Below are positions 62,456 through 64,000 of a stretch of 64,000 bases of DNA, piece after piece. The notes beneath the pieces were generated by a model. It did not search any database. It was not told where the DNA came from and saw only the letters and a list, made by a program, of their open reading frames with translations. Made by a program: the position numbers and the translations under genes. The number at the start of each line of letters is the position of its first letter. Position 1 is the stretch's first letter. Source of the stretch: the human T2T-CHM13v2.0 reference genome, Homo sapiens; assembly GCF_009914755.1 (NCBI RefSeq), contig NC_060947.1. One strand, given 5' to 3'.

Positions 62456-63181
62456 GTTGCGGCACAACGCCAGGCAAAAGAAGAGGAAGGAATTTAATCC
62501 TAATCGGTGGAGGTCGATTTGAGGGTAAGACCATCTGGGGACCCTAGGAGGGACGGGGGTGGCGGCGGGGGTGGGGAGAAGGCAGAGAAGGTAATAATCT
62601 AGGTACATGTCTGAGTCCGAATGTGTTTCTTGCACTCCCCGGACTGTGGCGAAATGGCGTGCTTTGTGTGTCTGTGGTTGGGGGGAAGTGGGGGAAATGA
62701 CAGCAGGGAAACCTATCGGATAGTTTGTTCGTAATCCTCCTCTCTCAACAGCACTTACTCTCCATGTTTTCGATCTGTCATCCTGCAGGTCTGCTGTAGC
62801 AGGTGGCTCCGCTTGAAGCGAGGGAGGAAGTTTCCTCCGATCAGTAGAGGTCGGTGTGGGCGTGGGGGCTGCCTGGAATGGGGGAGGGGTTAGAAATCGC
62901 CGGCACTTTGGACAGGCTCTTCCAATCCTGCTTTATTTTCCTTACCTCCCTCCCATTTCAGGCTAGGGAGGGGGCAGACCTGTGCATGTCTGGGATAGCA
63001 TAAAGAGGTTAAAAACAAACCTGATAACCGGAATGGTGAATCAGGAAAGCAACGAATCAACAGTCAACCCATCAAGTGCTCCATTCTCACTGGCTCTGGT
63101 CTCTCTGCAGATTGGAAAGATTGTTGGGAGTGGCACACCACTAGGGAAAAGAAGAAGGGGCGAACTGCTTGTCTTGAGGAG
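62456..63181 (+). other. ARMCX3: Predicted ARMCX3 5'UTR exons 62456-62524, 62789-62849 and 63111-63181
   Basis: Acceptor/donor pairs TTTCTGTAG|..GAGG|GTAAGA, TCCTGCAG|..AGAG|GTCGGT and CTCTCTGCAG|..GGAG|GTTAGT; coding-exon acceptor CCACTCCTAG| at 63464/63465. Confidence 0.55.
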
Positions 63182-63610
63182 GTTAGTGCAAGGGTTCTAG
63201 TCAGGTCCCTAGGGACATCTGAGGTTGTGGTGACTGAGACCCCAGCAGAGTCTGTGGATTCCATTGACATTATCTAGGCTTTGGGCGGGGTGACCTGGGA
63301 TGGGGAGGGAAAGGCTGAAATGAGAGGCATAGAGATTTCGTCAACAATCTACATTTCCTACCTAGCATTCAATTATTATTATCTTGTCCCTCTGTGCAGC
63401 TCCCTGCATGGGGCAACACAAGCAGAAGAGAAACTCAAACCCAATTTTCTTCTTCCACTCCTAGGTCAACCCCCAGAATCAGCTCTTGTGGCCTTGAAGT
63501 GGCTGAAGACGATCACCCTCCACAGGCTTGAGCCCAGTCCCACAGCCTTCCTCCCCCAGCCTGAGTGACTACTCTATTCCTTGGTCCCTGCTATTGTCGG
63601 GGACGATTGC

Positions 63611-64000
63611 ATGGGCTACGCCAGGAAAGTAGGCTGGGTGACCGCAGGCCTGGTGATTGGGGCTGGCGCCTGCTATTGCATTTATAGACTGACTAGGGGA
63701 AGAAAACAGAACAAGGAAAAAATGGCTGAGGGTGGATCTGGGGATGTGGATGATGCTGGGGACTGTTCTGGGGCCAGGTATAATGACTGGTCTGATGATG
63801 ATGATGACAGCAATGAGAGCAAGAGTATAGTATGGTACCCACCTTGGGCTCGGATTGGGACTGAAGCTGGAACCAGAGCTAGGGCCAGGGCAAGGGCCAG
63901 GGCTACCCGGGCACGTCGGGCTGTCCAGAAACGGGCTTCCCCCAATTCAGATGATACCGTTTTGTCCCCTCAAGAGCTACAAAAGGTTCTTTGCTTGGTT
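63611..64000 (+). CDS. ARMCX3: Armadillo repeat-containing X-linked protein 3 (ALEX3), first 130 codons; runs off the window
   Basis: Translated by hand: MGYARKVGWVTAGLVIGAGACYCIYRLTRGRKQNKEKMAEGGSGDVDDAGDCSGARYNDWSDDDDDSNESKSIVWYPPWARIGTEAGTRARARARARATRARRAVQKRASPNSDDTVLSPQELQKVLCLV. Confidence 0.95.
   Translation, partial: MGYARKVGWVTAGLVIGAGACYCIYRLTRGRKQNKEKMAEGGSGDVDDAGDCSGARYNDWSDDDDDSNESKSIVWYPPWARIGTEAGTRARARARARATRARRAVQKRASPNSDDTVLSPQELQKVLCLV

Overview
Human (primate) X-chromosome sequence from the Xq22.1 ARMCX cluster. The first ~34 kb is almost entirely repeats: an LTR8A-like solo LTR, Alus, and nested L1s, including a full-length L1PA3/4-like copy with an apparent 5' transduction. 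The second half holds ARMCX6 (minus strand, 300-aa CDS 55250-54348) and the 5' part of ARMCX3 (plus strand, ATG 63611, runs off the window). The dominant structure is a near-perfect inverted repeat with ~4.67-kb arms (36143-40814 and 50220-54897) around a 9.4-kb spacer. The right arm carries the last ~60% of the ARMCX6 CDS and its 3'UTR; the left arm carries the pseudogene copy (ARMCX7P-like). Outside the left arm, reading by eye shows a decayed but colinear copy of the rest of the gene: a promoter with mutated CRE and E-box, exon 1 with a dead splice donor, intron pieces and a decayed N-terminal coding region. The left copy therefore looks like an ancient whole-gene paralog whose 3' part is kept identical to ARMCX6 by gene conversion. 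The ARMCX6 3'UTR also keeps a frameshifted remnant of the ancestral ARMCX C-terminus. Repeat subfamily names are recalled from consensus sequences and were not computed.
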